From contig CAXXWQ010000004.1 in assembly GCA_963674945.2 (NCBI GenBank), positions 3,136,001 to 3,200,000 of the forward strand: DNA of 64,000 nt. The letters run 5' to 3'. The stretch's first letter is position 1; every line of letters begins with the position of its first letter. The translations under genes and the position numbers were made by a program. Origin of the DNA: an uncultured Desulfosarcina sp. GTDB lineage: Bacteria > Desulfobacterota > Desulfobacteria > Desulfobacterales > Desulfosarcinaceae. The notes below the pieces were generated by a model. The model was not told the origin of the DNA and ran no database searches. It worked only from the letters and a program-made list of their open reading frames with translations. Positions 30,962 to 40,354 of this stretch are shown piece after piece.

Positions 30962-30977
30962 AGCAAGATAAATGCCA
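30962..30977 (-). promoter_or_regulatory. Sigma54 (-24/-12) promoter of the lytic transglycosylase
   Basis: Minus strand reads TGGCAT-TTATC-TTGCT. An IHF-like TTTCAAGCGGTTA lies at 31007-31019. Confidence 0.7.
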
Positions 30978-31150
30978 TTAACGGATTAGTTTAATATGCC
31001 TTTTGTTTTCAAGCGGTTAAAATGCCAAGGAGCATTTTCCTGAATTTCCACCATGAAAAAACATCAATATGAAAAATGGCATCGATTTCACAATGTGAAA
31101 ATGATTTCCCAATAATTACCATTGGTTCTCGCAATTGGGCAGATCAATCT

Positions 31151-31873
31151 CTAAATGCCCAGATAGGCCCGCTTCACGTCTTCGTTGGCGAGCAGCCGTT
31201 CGGCTGTGTCAGACAGGGTAATTCGTCCATTCTCCATGACATATCCCCGGTGGGCGACCTTCAGGGCAAGATTGGCGTTCTGTTCCACGAGAAAAATGGT
31301 GGTATTGTTTTCTTCGTTTATTTTGTTTATAATTTCAAATATTTGCCTTACAACCAGGGGTGCCAGCCCCAAAGAGGGTTCGTCCAGCAAAAGCAGCCTG
31401 GGACGAGCCATTATTGCCCGGGAGATGGCCAGCATCTGCTGTTCGCCACCACTTAGGGTGCCACCGGCCTGGTGGCGCCGTTCGGCCAGAATGGGAAAGA
31501 GCTCGAATACGTACTCCAGGTCCGACTTCACGGCATCCGTGTCGTTTCGTAAGAATGCCCCCATATCCAAGTTTTCCAGTACGGTGAGATAAGGAAAGAT
31601 TCTTCTTCCTTCCGGTACCTGGCTGATTCCCATGGAGACGATTTTGTCTGGATTGACCCGTGTGATCGGTTTTTCCATGAATGTGATTTCGCCGCTTCGC
31701 GGCGGTACGATTCCGGAAATGGACATCAGGGTCGTCGTCTTTCCGGCGCCATTGGCACCGATCAGCGTGATGATCTCTCCTTCCTTGACCTCCAGGCTCA
31801 CGCCCTTCAAGGCTTGGATATTGCCGTAAAACGTCCTGATGTCATGGAGTTTAAGCATCGATTGACTCTCCAA
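31151..31873 (-). CDS. livF: Branched-chain amino acid ABC transporter ATPase
   Basis: GANGAGKTT, QVPEGRRIF, LSGGEQQML and LDEPSLGLAP. Confidence 0.93.
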   Translation of the reverse strand: MESQSMLKLHDIRTFYGNIQALKGVSLEVKEGEIITLIGANGAGKTTTLMSISGIVPPRSGEITFMEKPITRVNPDKIVSMGISQVPEGRRIFPYLTVLENLDMGAFLRNDTDAVKSDLEYVFELFPILAERRHQAGGTLSGGEQQMLAISRAIMARPRLLLLDEPSLGLAPLVVRQIFEIINKINEENNTTIFLVEQNANLALKVAHRGYVMENGRITLSDTAERLLANEDVKRAYLGI

Positions 31874-32672
31874 GGTACGCCTTGATCACCGCCGGATTTT
31901 GGCTGATCTCCCCGGGAGATCCTTCTGCAATCTTTTTTCCGTAATCAACGACGAAAATACGATCGGAGAGGTTCATCACCAGTCTCATGTCGTGCTCGAT
32001 GAGTAAGATGGCGATCGCCTCCTCCTTACGTAATTGTTCAATCATCGCATCGAGCTCCCTGGTCTCCTGAGCGTTCATGCCCGCCGCCGGTTCATCCAGT
32101 AAAAGAAGGAAGGGGTCGGTGGCCATGGCACGCGCGATTTCCAATCGCCGCTGGGCACCGTAGGGAAGATTTTTTGCAAATTCGTTTACATATCGATCCA
32201 AACCAAATTTTTCAAGTATTTGATAACTATCCGCGATGACTTGTTTCTCTTCCATCCTGGCACGCGGCGGACGAAAAATGGCGCCGGGAATACCGGTTCG
32301 CATGCGACAATGCCGGCCGATCATAACGTTTTCCAACACCGTCATGTTTTGGAACAGACGAATATTTTGAAAGGTTCGGGCCATTCCCTTCTTTGTGACT
32401 TGATCGGGCTTGAGCCCGTTGAGTCGGCTGGCATACCCATCTCTGTCTGTGAGGACGACATCCCCGGCAGAGGGCGTATAGATGCCGGTGATGCAGTTGA
32501 ACAAGGTTGTCTTACCGGCACCGTTGGGACCGATCAAGGCGACGATTTCGTTCTGGTCGACTGTCAGATCCACTTGGTCCAGGGCCTTCAAACCGCCAAA
32601 ATTCATGGTCAACTTGGTGAGCGTCAACACCGGTTTTGTCGATCGACTAGTTTCCACGGCTTTTATCTTCAC
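31851..32672 (-). CDS. livG: Branched-chain amino acid ABC transporter ATPase
   Basis: GPNGAGKTT, RTFQNIRLF, LPYGAQRRLEIARA and LDEPAAG. Confidence 0.93.
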   Translation of the reverse strand: MKIKAVETSRSTKPVLTLTKLTMNFGGLKALDQVDLTVDQNEIVALIGPNGAGKTTLFNCITGIYTPSAGDVVLTDRDGYASRLNGLKPDQVTKKGMARTFQNIRLFQNMTVLENVMIGRHCRMRTGIPGAIFRPPRARMEEKQVIADSYQILEKFGLDRYVNEFAKNLPYGAQRRLEIARAMATDPFLLLLDEPAAGMNAQETRELDAMIEQLRKEEAIAILLIEHDMRLVMNLSDRIFVVDYGKKIAEGSPGEISQNPAVIKAYLGESIDA

Positions 32673-33903
32673 CTTTAAAACGATAGATTTTTCTTACGTC
32701 ACTGATGATGCCGCCGGGGCGAAATACCATCATGATCACCAGAACCATGCCGAAAATCAGCATCCGATATTCGGAAAAGGCCCGAAAATATTCGGGAAGC
32801 AGCTTTAAGGCAAAGGCACCACAGATAACGCCGATGATGGATCCCATGCCCCCGAGCACCACGCAACACAGAATGATGACCGACTCCCAGATGGTAAAAC
32901 TGGCCGGATTGATGAAAGTGGTCTTGGCCGCGAACATCACACCGCCCATACCCGCCCACGTGGCACCCAAGGCAAAGGCGCTGAGCTTTGTAAGGGTTTT
33001 GTTGATCCCCATGGCCTGGCAGGCCACTTCATCTTCTCGAAGGGCCATCCATGCACGGCCGATGCGGGAGTCCTGGAGACGGCGGACCACGAAGATGGTG
33101 AACAGGGCCAATGCCACCATCAGGTAGTAGATATAGATGTGGTTCTGGTGCAGGGAAAGGGTTATGCCGAAGAAACCGGGCCGGGGTATGTTGGCGATGC
33201 CGCTGGGGCCGAAAGAAAATTCATTCCAGTTTTCCAGAATCAATCGAATGATTTCGCCGAAGCCCAATGTGACGATGGCCAGATAGTCTCCGCGCAACCG
33301 TAATACGGGAAAACCAAGCAATACACCGAAAACGAAACCCAGAGCGCCTCCGATGGGCAATGCCAGCCAGAACCCCACATCGAAATGGTAGTTGAGAAGG
33401 GCATAGGCATAGGCACCGACGGCGTAAAATGCGACATAACCGAGATCGAGCAGGCCGGCCAGCCCGACGACGATGTTCAGCCCCAGCGCTACGACCACAT
33501 AGATGAGGGCGGTGGTCATGATGTCGATTTGATAGAGGGACGTGACCAGAGGGAAAACCAGAAAAGCAATGCCGACGATGACGATTCCCGGCCTTGCGAA
33601 CCGGGGATCCTTGATCAACCGCTGGGGCAGGGTGAGGGCTTCCTGATCTCCCTCTTCGGCTTTTTTAATGCCCGCCTCCTTGCGCCGAATCAAGAAACGC
33701 CAGAGAAAGGAGAGAAAAAACGCCCCCACGCCGACATAAGCCATGCGGTGCCAGCGCCATTCGACGGTTTTATAGATTGTGTTGACGCGAATGACCATAA
33801 TGGGAAATGTCAGGAACATAAACCACATGCTGGTCAGAAGCGACTTTTTTACCTCATCCCAACGAAACATCGCGCTGGTTGTTGATTCGTCCGTGGTTGC
33901 CAT
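32647..33903 (-). CDS. livM: Branched-chain amino acid ABC transporter permease
   Basis: GLNIVVGLAGLLDLGY and LRGDYLAIVTLGFGEI. Confidence 0.93.
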   Translation of the reverse strand: MATTDESTTSAMFRWDEVKKSLLTSMWFMFLTFPIMVIRVNTIYKTVEWRWHRMAYVGVGAFFLSFLWRFLIRRKEAGIKKAEEGDQEALTLPQRLIKDPRFARPGIVIVGIAFLVFPLVTSLYQIDIMTTALIYVVVALGLNIVVGLAGLLDLGYVAFYAVGAYAYALLNYHFDVGFWLALPIGGALGFVFGVLLGFPVLRLRGDYLAIVTLGFGEIIRLILENWNEFSFGPSGIANIPRPGFFGITLSLHQNHIYIYYLMVALALFTIFVVRRLQDSRIGRAWMALREDEVACQAMGINKTLTKLSAFALGATWAGMGGVMFAAKTTFINPASFTIWESVIILCCVVLGGMGSIIGVICGAFALKLLPEYFRAFSEYRMLIFGMVLVIMMVFRPGGIISDVRKIYRFKGEDKSRGN

Positions 33904-34019
33904 GGGATCGTTGTGGTCTCCTCATCCAAAGCGTGGGAAAATGGAATCGGTCGTCCATGTTGTAACGGCACCGGCATCATTTTCCAAATGTCCAATACCG
34001 CCATGCGGGGCACTACACT

Positions 34020-34172
34020 TTGATGAACTCGTTAAAATCTGTTTCGGACGGCTTCGTAACAAGTTCGAGATCAAGGATTGCGAACCCCGAGGAATGAGGC
34101 GTATTGTTGAATACGTCACAGTGACGAGGGGTGAAGCGTAACGCAGATATCGGACTTGTTACGAAGTCGTCA
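34020..34172. repeat. Dispersed palindromic repeat, module A (reverse orientation), inside the liv operon
   Basis: TTGATGAACTCG tail plus GACGGCTTCGTAACAAG...CTTGTTACGAAGTCGTC (34047-34171). Its end overlaps the livH TGA. Confidence 0.92.
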
Positions 34173-35078
34173 CACTTTGTCTGTTTCCTTTCTTCCCAGC
34201 AGTCCGGAAGGTCGAAAGATCAAAATGAGAACCAAAAAAAGAAAGGCAAATACGTCTTCATAGTCACTGGAGATGTAACCGGTAAAAAAACTCTCGGTCC
34301 ATCCCAACACCAGGCTTCCCAAAACGGCTCCGGGCATGCTGCCGATACCGCCCAAGACCGCTGCGACGAATGCCTTTATGCCGGCGATAAATCCGATGTA
34401 AAAATTGATCTGGCCGATATGGGAAGCGATCAATATGCCGCCTAGCGCCGCCGTCGCCGATCCCACGACGAAGGTCATGGAGATCACCTTGTCCACGTTC
34501 ACCCCCACCAGCATGGCCATCTCACGATCCTGGGATGTGGCACGCATGGCTTTTCCGATGCGGGTGAACTTAATCAAAAAGGTCAGCAGGACCATGACAA
34601 TTGCCGTGGTGATGTAGATGACAAGCTCCGATGACCGCACAATGTGCTCCACTGGTTTCAAAAAGGCGAAATCGGGGATCAAGTTGGGAAATGGGAGAAA
34701 ATCGGAGGTCTGGGCCAGCAGAACATAATTTTGTAAAAACAGACACATACCGATGGCGCTGATCAGTGCCGAAAGCCGTGGCGCCTTACGCAGCGGCTTG
34801 TAGGCGATTTTTTCCATGGTCCATCCATAGGATGCCGACCAGATCACCGCCGCCAAGGAGGCGATGACCAGGATAGCCAATGTATTCCAGCCGGCAAGGG
34901 TTAAAATTCCCACCACGATCAGACCGGTAAAGGCGCCGATCATGTAAATTTCGCCATGGGCGAAATTGATCAGCTCTATTATGCCGTATACCATGGTATA
35001 GCCCAATGCGATCATGGCATAAATGCTACCGCGGGTCAGCCCTCCCAGAAACATTTCAATAAAGTAATCGACGTTCAT
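34170..35078 (-). CDS. livH: Branched-chain amino acid ABC transporter permease
   Basis: GSIYAMIALGYTMVYG..INFAHGE and AAVLGGIG. Confidence 0.93.
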   Translation of the reverse strand: MNVDYFIEMFLGGLTRGSIYAMIALGYTMVYGIIELINFAHGEIYMIGAFTGLIVVGILTLAGWNTLAILVIASLAAVIWSASYGWTMEKIAYKPLRKAPRLSALISAIGMCLFLQNYVLLAQTSDFLPFPNLIPDFAFLKPVEHIVRSSELVIYITTAIVMVLLTFLIKFTRIGKAMRATSQDREMAMLVGVNVDKVISMTFVVGSATAALGGILIASHIGQINFYIGFIAGIKAFVAAVLGGIGSMPGAVLGSLVLGWTESFFTGYISSDYEDVFAFLFLVLILIFRPSGLLGRKETDKV

Positions 35079-35142
35079 CTTACCGTCATCTCCTTACGAT
35101 AGCTGACCGGCGTGTTTTTATCTTTCTGAAAACCGTCTGTCC

Positions 35143-35187
35143 AAAAAAAACAAGTAGGGAACGGTTGTTTGTACTCCGTTCCCTACT
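35143..35187 (-). terminator. Hairpin/terminator between livK and livH
   Basis: 12 bp stem AGTAGGGAACGG/CCGTTCCCTACT, followed on the minus strand by TG and T8. Confidence 0.75.
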
Positions 35188-35204
35188 GTTGGGCTCCAAA
35201 GAGC

Positions 35205-36368
35205 CTATTTTATTTCCACATAAACACCGTTTTGAACCTGGTACATGGCGAAACCGACGCCGATGGCATCTCCTTTTTCATCGAATTTGATGATTCCCAA
35301 GGGGGTGGCCACCCATTCGTTGCGCAGCACATTTACCATATCATCGTATTCGGTGGAACACGATTTTTCAATCGCATTGATCAACGCCAGGCTTGCGGCA
35401 TAGGCATTCAGGAAAAAGGCACCCGGATCATCGCCATATTTGGCTTTATGGGCCTCGATCGCCTCGATGGCGATGGGATTTTTCGAAGTGTCCATGGGGC
35501 CGGTGGCGTAGACGCCTTCCGCGTATTCGCCGGCGACTTTGATAAACGTGTCGTCTTTGACGCCGTCATCGGAAATAAAAATGGTATCCATGGCTTTCTT
35601 GCGCATCTGGGATACGATCTTGGATGCTTCGGGATGGTAGCCGCCGAAGATCACGGCTTGGGCTCCCGACTGTTTGATCTTGTTGACTACGGCAGAATAA
35701 TCCACGGCACCCGGGGTGACGCCTTCGTACAATACGACTTCTCCGCGGCTGTCGGCCTCGATGAAACCCTTGGCGAATTCGGCCAATCCTTTTCCGTAAT
35801 CGCCTTTGTCATGGAGGACGGCAACTTTGCTGAGCTTGAGGTTGCCCAATGCGAATTCGACCTCCAACTTTGCCTGGGCATCATCCGATGCGATGGTGCG
35901 GAAAAAGTTGGGATAATCGCCGCTTTGGGTCAATGCGGGGTTCGTTGCGGAGGGGGACATGGCCACGATATTCGAATCCTTGTAGATCCCCAGAGCGGCC
36001 TTGGTGGCACCAGAGCAGATATGCCCCAGTACGGCATTGACACCTTCACCGGTCACTTTCGTCGCGGAACTGGTGGCAATTTCCGGTTTACAGACATCGT
36101 CTTCCACAACCAGTTCGATTTTTCTTTCATTGATACCACAAAGGGCATTTCGACGATCCACTACCAGTTCGGCCGCCCGCGTCGTCGGTATTCCATAAGA
36201 TGCCAAGTCGCCACTGTGGGGACCGACAACGGCGATTTTTACTGGCGGCAGTTCGGCTTTTTCTTCCACTTTCGCCGTCTCTTCCTTCTGTGCGCAGGCG
36301 ACGACCATGGCGATGGATACAATTACCGCGATGAACAGTCCAAAAAAGCGCCAACGATTTTGATGCAT
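35205..36368 (-). CDS. livK: Branched-chain amino acid ABC transporter substrate-binding lipoprotein
   Basis: Lipobox-like VVAC, GHICSGAT, SPSATNPALT and HDKGDYGKGLA. ATG 36368 follows GAGGAGG. Confidence 0.9.
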   Translation of the reverse strand: MHQNRWRFFGLFIAVIVSIAMVVACAQKEETAKVEEKAELPPVKIAVVGPHSGDLASYGIPTTRAAELVVDRRNALCGINERKIELVVEDDVCKPEIATSSATKVTGEGVNAVLGHICSGATKAALGIYKDSNIVAMSPSATNPALTQSGDYPNFFRTIASDDAQAKLEVEFALGNLKLSKVAVLHDKGDYGKGLAEFAKGFIEADSRGEVVLYEGVTPGAVDYSAVVNKIKQSGAQAVIFGGYHPEASKIVSQMRKKAMDTIFISDDGVKDDTFIKVAGEYAEGVYATGPMDTSKNPIAIEAIEAHKAKYGDDPGAFFLNAYAASLALINAIEKSCSTEYDDMVNVLRNEWVATPLGIIKFDEKGDAIGVGFAMYQVQNGVYVEIK

Positions 36369-36429
36369 AATGTTTCCTCCTCGTTCTCCTTGCTGGTTGT
36401 AAATGCTTTTCTGCCCGATTGTTACTGCT

Positions 36430-36458
36430 TGTATAGAAGGGGTATCCGAAGTTGTCAA
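36430..36458 (-). promoter_or_regulatory. Sigma70 promoter of livK
   Basis: Minus strand reads TTGACA-17 nt-TATACA. Confidence 0.6.
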
Positions 36459-36756
36459 ATATAATCACAATCCTTTCGAAAAGCAAAGCGGTTGGCAACC
36501 ATTCACATTTCCTTTTCATCAGAAAGGGTTTTTCGAATTCTTCCATTTACCGACAACCGAAAGGGAAGAGCCGAAGGAAAGTGAAAGAAAAATCTTTTAT
36601 GCCTGCGGAAGCGGATTTTTCCGAGTAACCATCTTGCCCTTGACACCACTTCGTATATAGGAGAAATATCGATCATTCGTAATCCACGAACCTTTCGTAT
36701 TCACCCCGGTTCATTGGAAATGAACGATCGTATCATCCGTGGGAAATTGGCCCATC

Positions 36757-37614
36757 ATGAAAAAGAACATCGGCCTGATTGTCAAAGACGAAGAAAACGC
36801 GCGACTGCAAGCCGACCGTTTCGAAAGGTGGCTGGTGAAAAGAGGTATTGCCGTGATTCGGCGGCAAAGTGGCATCCATGGCGTCGAATCCATGGCCCCG
36901 TCGCAAAAATTTTCGCTGCCTCCCCTTTTTTGTATTTTCGTGTTGGGGGGGGACGGAACATTTTTAAGTGCCGTTCGCTGGATTAAAGATCGACAAATCC
37001 CCATCATCGGAGTGAAGTTTGGAGAAGTGGGGTTCCTGGCCGAGGCCACGGAGGACCGGCTGTGTGATGTCGCCGAAGCGATTCTGGACAACCGATTTGC
37101 CATCCGGGCACAAATGCGTCTCTCCATTCAAACCTTTCGTGACGGTGTGGAGATCACCAAAGAATCCGCATTTAATGATGTGGTCATCAACAAGGGGGCC
37201 CTGGCGCGTCTGGCCAGGATTCGTACCCACATCGACGATCAGTTTCTCACCGACTATCGCGCCGATGGACTCATCGTGGCCACACCCACCGGATCAACGG
37301 CATATTCTCTTGCGGCGGGCGGGCCCATCATTCACCCGACGGTTCCCGGAATTCTGATCACCCCCATTTGTCCTTTTACCCTTACCAATCGTCCCTTGAT
37401 GGTTCCGGACACATCCACCATCACGATTCGTGTTGCCGAGGATACCGAAGACATCATGCTTACCTGTGATGGCCAAGTGGGAATACAAATCGACGCACGG
37501 GACACGGTCGTCATCAAAAAGAGCACCACGCCGGTTCTGATGATCACCCTGCCTGAGCAGAACTATTACGACGTACTCAAGGCGAAACTGAAATGGAGTG
37601 GCAGCCGTGTTTAA
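36757..37614 (+). CDS. nadK: NAD kinase
   Basis: GGDGTFL, ND, ADGLIVATPTGSTAYSLAAGG. Confidence 0.95.
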   Translation: MKKNIGLIVKDEENARLQADRFERWLVKRGIAVIRRQSGIHGVESMAPSQKFSLPPLFCIFVLGGDGTFLSAVRWIKDRQIPIIGVKFGEVGFLAEATEDRLCDVAEAILDNRFAIRAQMRLSIQTFRDGVEITKESAFNDVVINKGALARLARIRTHIDDQFLTDYRADGLIVATPTGSTAYSLAAGGPIIHPTVPGILITPICPFTLTNRPLMVPDTSTITIRVAEDTEDIMLTCDGQVGIQIDARDTVVIKKSTTPVLMITLPEQNYYDVLKAKLKWSGSRV

Positions 37615-37696
37615 CCCGAGTTTAATAAACAAAGGTGCTTTTAATTTTTCAAGGTTCATGGTAGCAATTACATAACTTTCCTGAAATGAAAAAACG

Positions 37697-39037
37697 ATGA
37701 AAGGAGAAAACATGGTACATGTAAGGGGTCGTTTGTTGTTTCTCTTGATCGCAGTAAATGGTTTACTCCTTTTTTCTGTGAGCAGCGCCATGGGATCCGG
37801 GGTCGCCATCATCGAACAGAGTGCCTCCATGGCAGGATATGCCTATGCCGGGGCGGCGGCGGCGGCACAGGATGCCAGCACCCTTTTTTTCAATCCGGCG
37901 GGCATGGCCAAATTCGACCAAAACGAAGTGCAGGCGGGCGTACACTATCTTCTCGTCACCAGTGACTTCACGAATCAAGGATCCACCAACTTCTGGGGTG
38001 CGCCACTTACAGGTCCAGACGATGACGGCGGAGAAAACGCGCTGGTACCCAACTTATACTACATCCACAGCATCTCGGAGCAATGGAAGGCCGGCATCGC
38101 TGTAACCGCGCCTTACGGGCTGGCCACGGAGTATGAAGAGGGCTGGGTGGGACGGTACCATGCCCTTCGATCGGAACTGACCACCTACAACATCAATCCA
38201 TCGATGGCGTACAAGTTCAACGAACAGTGGGCCGTGGGAGTCGGCGTAAGTATCGAGTATGCAGAGGCGGAACTGAGCAGTGCCGTCGATTTTGGCGCCG
38301 CCGCGGGCGTTCCGTCTTTGTCCCAGACCCTGGACGGCAAGGCGACGGTGACAGGCGACGACTGGAATTTCGGCGGCAACATCGGCCTGCTCTATGAACC
38401 GATGGTGGGCACCCGACTGGGGCTGCACTACCGTTCACAGATCAATCACAAGCTCGAAGGCGACGCCGACTTCACCGTACCGGATTCCATCAGGTCCGTA
38501 GCCGAAGCAGCCGGATATTACGATACCGGTGGGTCTGCCCAAATCACCCTGCCGGACACCGTTTCGTTCAGTGCCTACCACGACATCAACGAAAAATGGG
38601 CAATTCTGGCGGATGTCACTTGGACCCATTGGAGCCTTTGGAATGAAATACGGGTCAAGATCGAAAGTGACGCCGATGACAGCGTCACCACGCTGGACTG
38701 GGATGATACCTTCCGGTATGCCCTCGGTGCGGTCTACAAAGCCACGGATCCGTTGGTATTGAGAGCCGGCGTGGCCTTCGACGAGTCTCCCATTCCCGCC
38801 GCCAAGAACCGAACGCCGCGGTTGCCGGGCGCAGATCGGATCTGGGTCACGCTGGGAGGCGGCTATCAATTTTCCAACGGGTTCAGGGTCGATGCTGCCT
38901 ACGCCCATCTCTTCGTGGATGATCCGGAGATCGATAAAGATCTCAGCGATCCGGAAAACGAACTGCGTGGTGCACTGGTCGGTGAGTACGATGCCGCTGT
39001 GGATATCATCAGCGCGTCCGTCTCCTATCAGTTCTGA
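37697..39037 (+). CDS. FadL/OmpP1/TodX family outer-membrane transporter
   Basis: Signal peptide, EQSAS..G.AYAG, DAST.FFNPAGM, RTPRLP and a terminal Phe. Confidence 0.92.
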   Translation: MKGENMVHVRGRLLFLLIAVNGLLLFSVSSAMGSGVAIIEQSASMAGYAYAGAAAAAQDASTLFFNPAGMAKFDQNEVQAGVHYLLVTSDFTNQGSTNFWGAPLTGPDDDGGENALVPNLYYIHSISEQWKAGIAVTAPYGLATEYEEGWVGRYHALRSELTTYNINPSMAYKFNEQWAVGVGVSIEYAEAELSSAVDFGAAAGVPSLSQTLDGKATVTGDDWNFGGNIGLLYEPMVGTRLGLHYRSQINHKLEGDADFTVPDSIRSVAEAAGYYDTGGSAQITLPDTVSFSAYHDINEKWAILADVTWTHWSLWNEIRVKIESDADDSVTTLDWDDTFRYALGAVYKATDPLVLRAGVAFDESPIPAAKNRTPRLPGADRIWVTLGGGYQFSNGFRVDAAYAHLFVDDPEIDKDLSDPENELRGALVGEYDAAVDIISASVSYQF

Positions 39038-39112
39038 TGAGCCTGCTTTTGGGGTAACAGACGCGACAAAACGAACGTGCATCCAGAAGATCGGCCGGAT
39101 GCCAAGGGCAAG

Positions 39113-40354
39113 ATGTCAAACCGCGTTGTCATAACGGGCCGGGGGACCATCAATGCCATCGCAAAAAATGCCCAGACCTTTGCCCGGGCATTGATGGCGG
39201 GCCATTGCGGTATCGGCCCCCTGACCCTCTTCGACACCGCCGATTTTCGAACCCGCACCGGCGCCCAGGTGATGGATTTCGATCCTGGGAACCATATTCC
39301 CGGACGATTTTCCGTAAAACGCATGTCCCGTTCTGATCAAATGGCAATGGCCGCCGCACTGGAGGCCCTTTTCGAAGCGGGCCTGTTTCCCATGCCGGAT
39401 AAGGTTGCCGCCCGTACCGGTGTCATCATCGGCGGCGGGGCCGGGGGCATGCTGGAGTGCGAACCGGTTTTCGCCCGGTACCTGGACCATGGCGTCGCCC
39501 GTATGCCCGCTTCCCCCTTTGCCAGCTTCTCATGCGCCTCGTCGGCCGACCATATCGCCACCCATTTACACCTGGCCGGTCCCAAGACCACCTTCATGAC
39601 GGCCTGCTCCTCCGGTGCCACGGCCATCGGCTTCGCCAGGGACCTGATCCGATCGAAGGCCGCCGCCGTCGTCGTATGTGGCGGCACCGAACCCCTTTGT
39701 CGTATCACCTATGCGTCGTTTAACGCCCTGCAGGCGGTGGATCCGGATTTTTGCAAACCCTTTGATCGGAATCGACGGGGTTTGTCCCTGGGAGAGGGGG
39801 CGGGAATCCTGGTCCTGGAATCGGAAGATCATGCCATGAAGCGAGGTGCGCGGATCTTCGGCGAAGTTCTCGGTTGCGGAATCAGCTGCGACGCCGGTCA
39901 CATGACCGCTCCGGACCCCATGGGAACCGGAGCCGCGACGGCCATGGTGGCTGCGTTGACCGATGCCGGTATCGGACCCGATGACGTGGATTACATCAAC
40001 GCCCACGGCACGGCCACACCGGCAAACGACCAAATGGAGGTCCGTGCCATTCGGACCGTCTTTGGGCTCAGGGCAGACAAGATTCCGGTCAGTTCCACAA
40101 AGTCTATGATCGGCCATACCCTGGGGGCGGCCGGTGCCATCGAAGCGGTTGCCTGCATGCTGGCCATCGAAAACGGGTTCGTTCCGCCCACCGTCCACCA
40201 TGAAGTGCCCGATGACGCCTGCAGCCTGGATTTCGTACCAGGTGTTTCCAAAGATGCCTGCCTGAAAACGGTGCTCTCCAACTCCTTCGCCTTCGGAGGG
40301 AACAACACCTGCCTCGTTTTATCCGGCTATCATGAATCCGGAAAGGCGACATGA
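39113..40354 (+). CDS. Beta-ketoacyl-ACP synthase (FabF/type II PKS KS), active site intact
   Basis: TACSS, NAHGTAT, GHTLGAAG and SNSFAFGGNN. Confidence 0.92.
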   Translation: MSNRVVITGRGTINAIAKNAQTFARALMAGHCGIGPLTLFDTADFRTRTGAQVMDFDPGNHIPGRFSVKRMSRSDQMAMAAALEALFEAGLFPMPDKVAARTGVIIGGGAGGMLECEPVFARYLDHGVARMPASPFASFSCASSADHIATHLHLAGPKTTFMTACSSGATAIGFARDLIRSKAAAVVVCGGTEPLCRITYASFNALQAVDPDFCKPFDRNRRGLSLGEGAGILVLESEDHAMKRGARIFGEVLGCGISCDAGHMTAPDPMGTGAATAMVAALTDAGIGPDDVDYINAHGTATPANDQMEVRAIRTVFGLRADKIPVSSTKSMIGHTLGAAGAIEAVACMLAIENGFVPPTVHHEVPDDACSLDFVPGVSKDACLKTVLSNSFAFGGNNTCLVLSGYHESGKAT

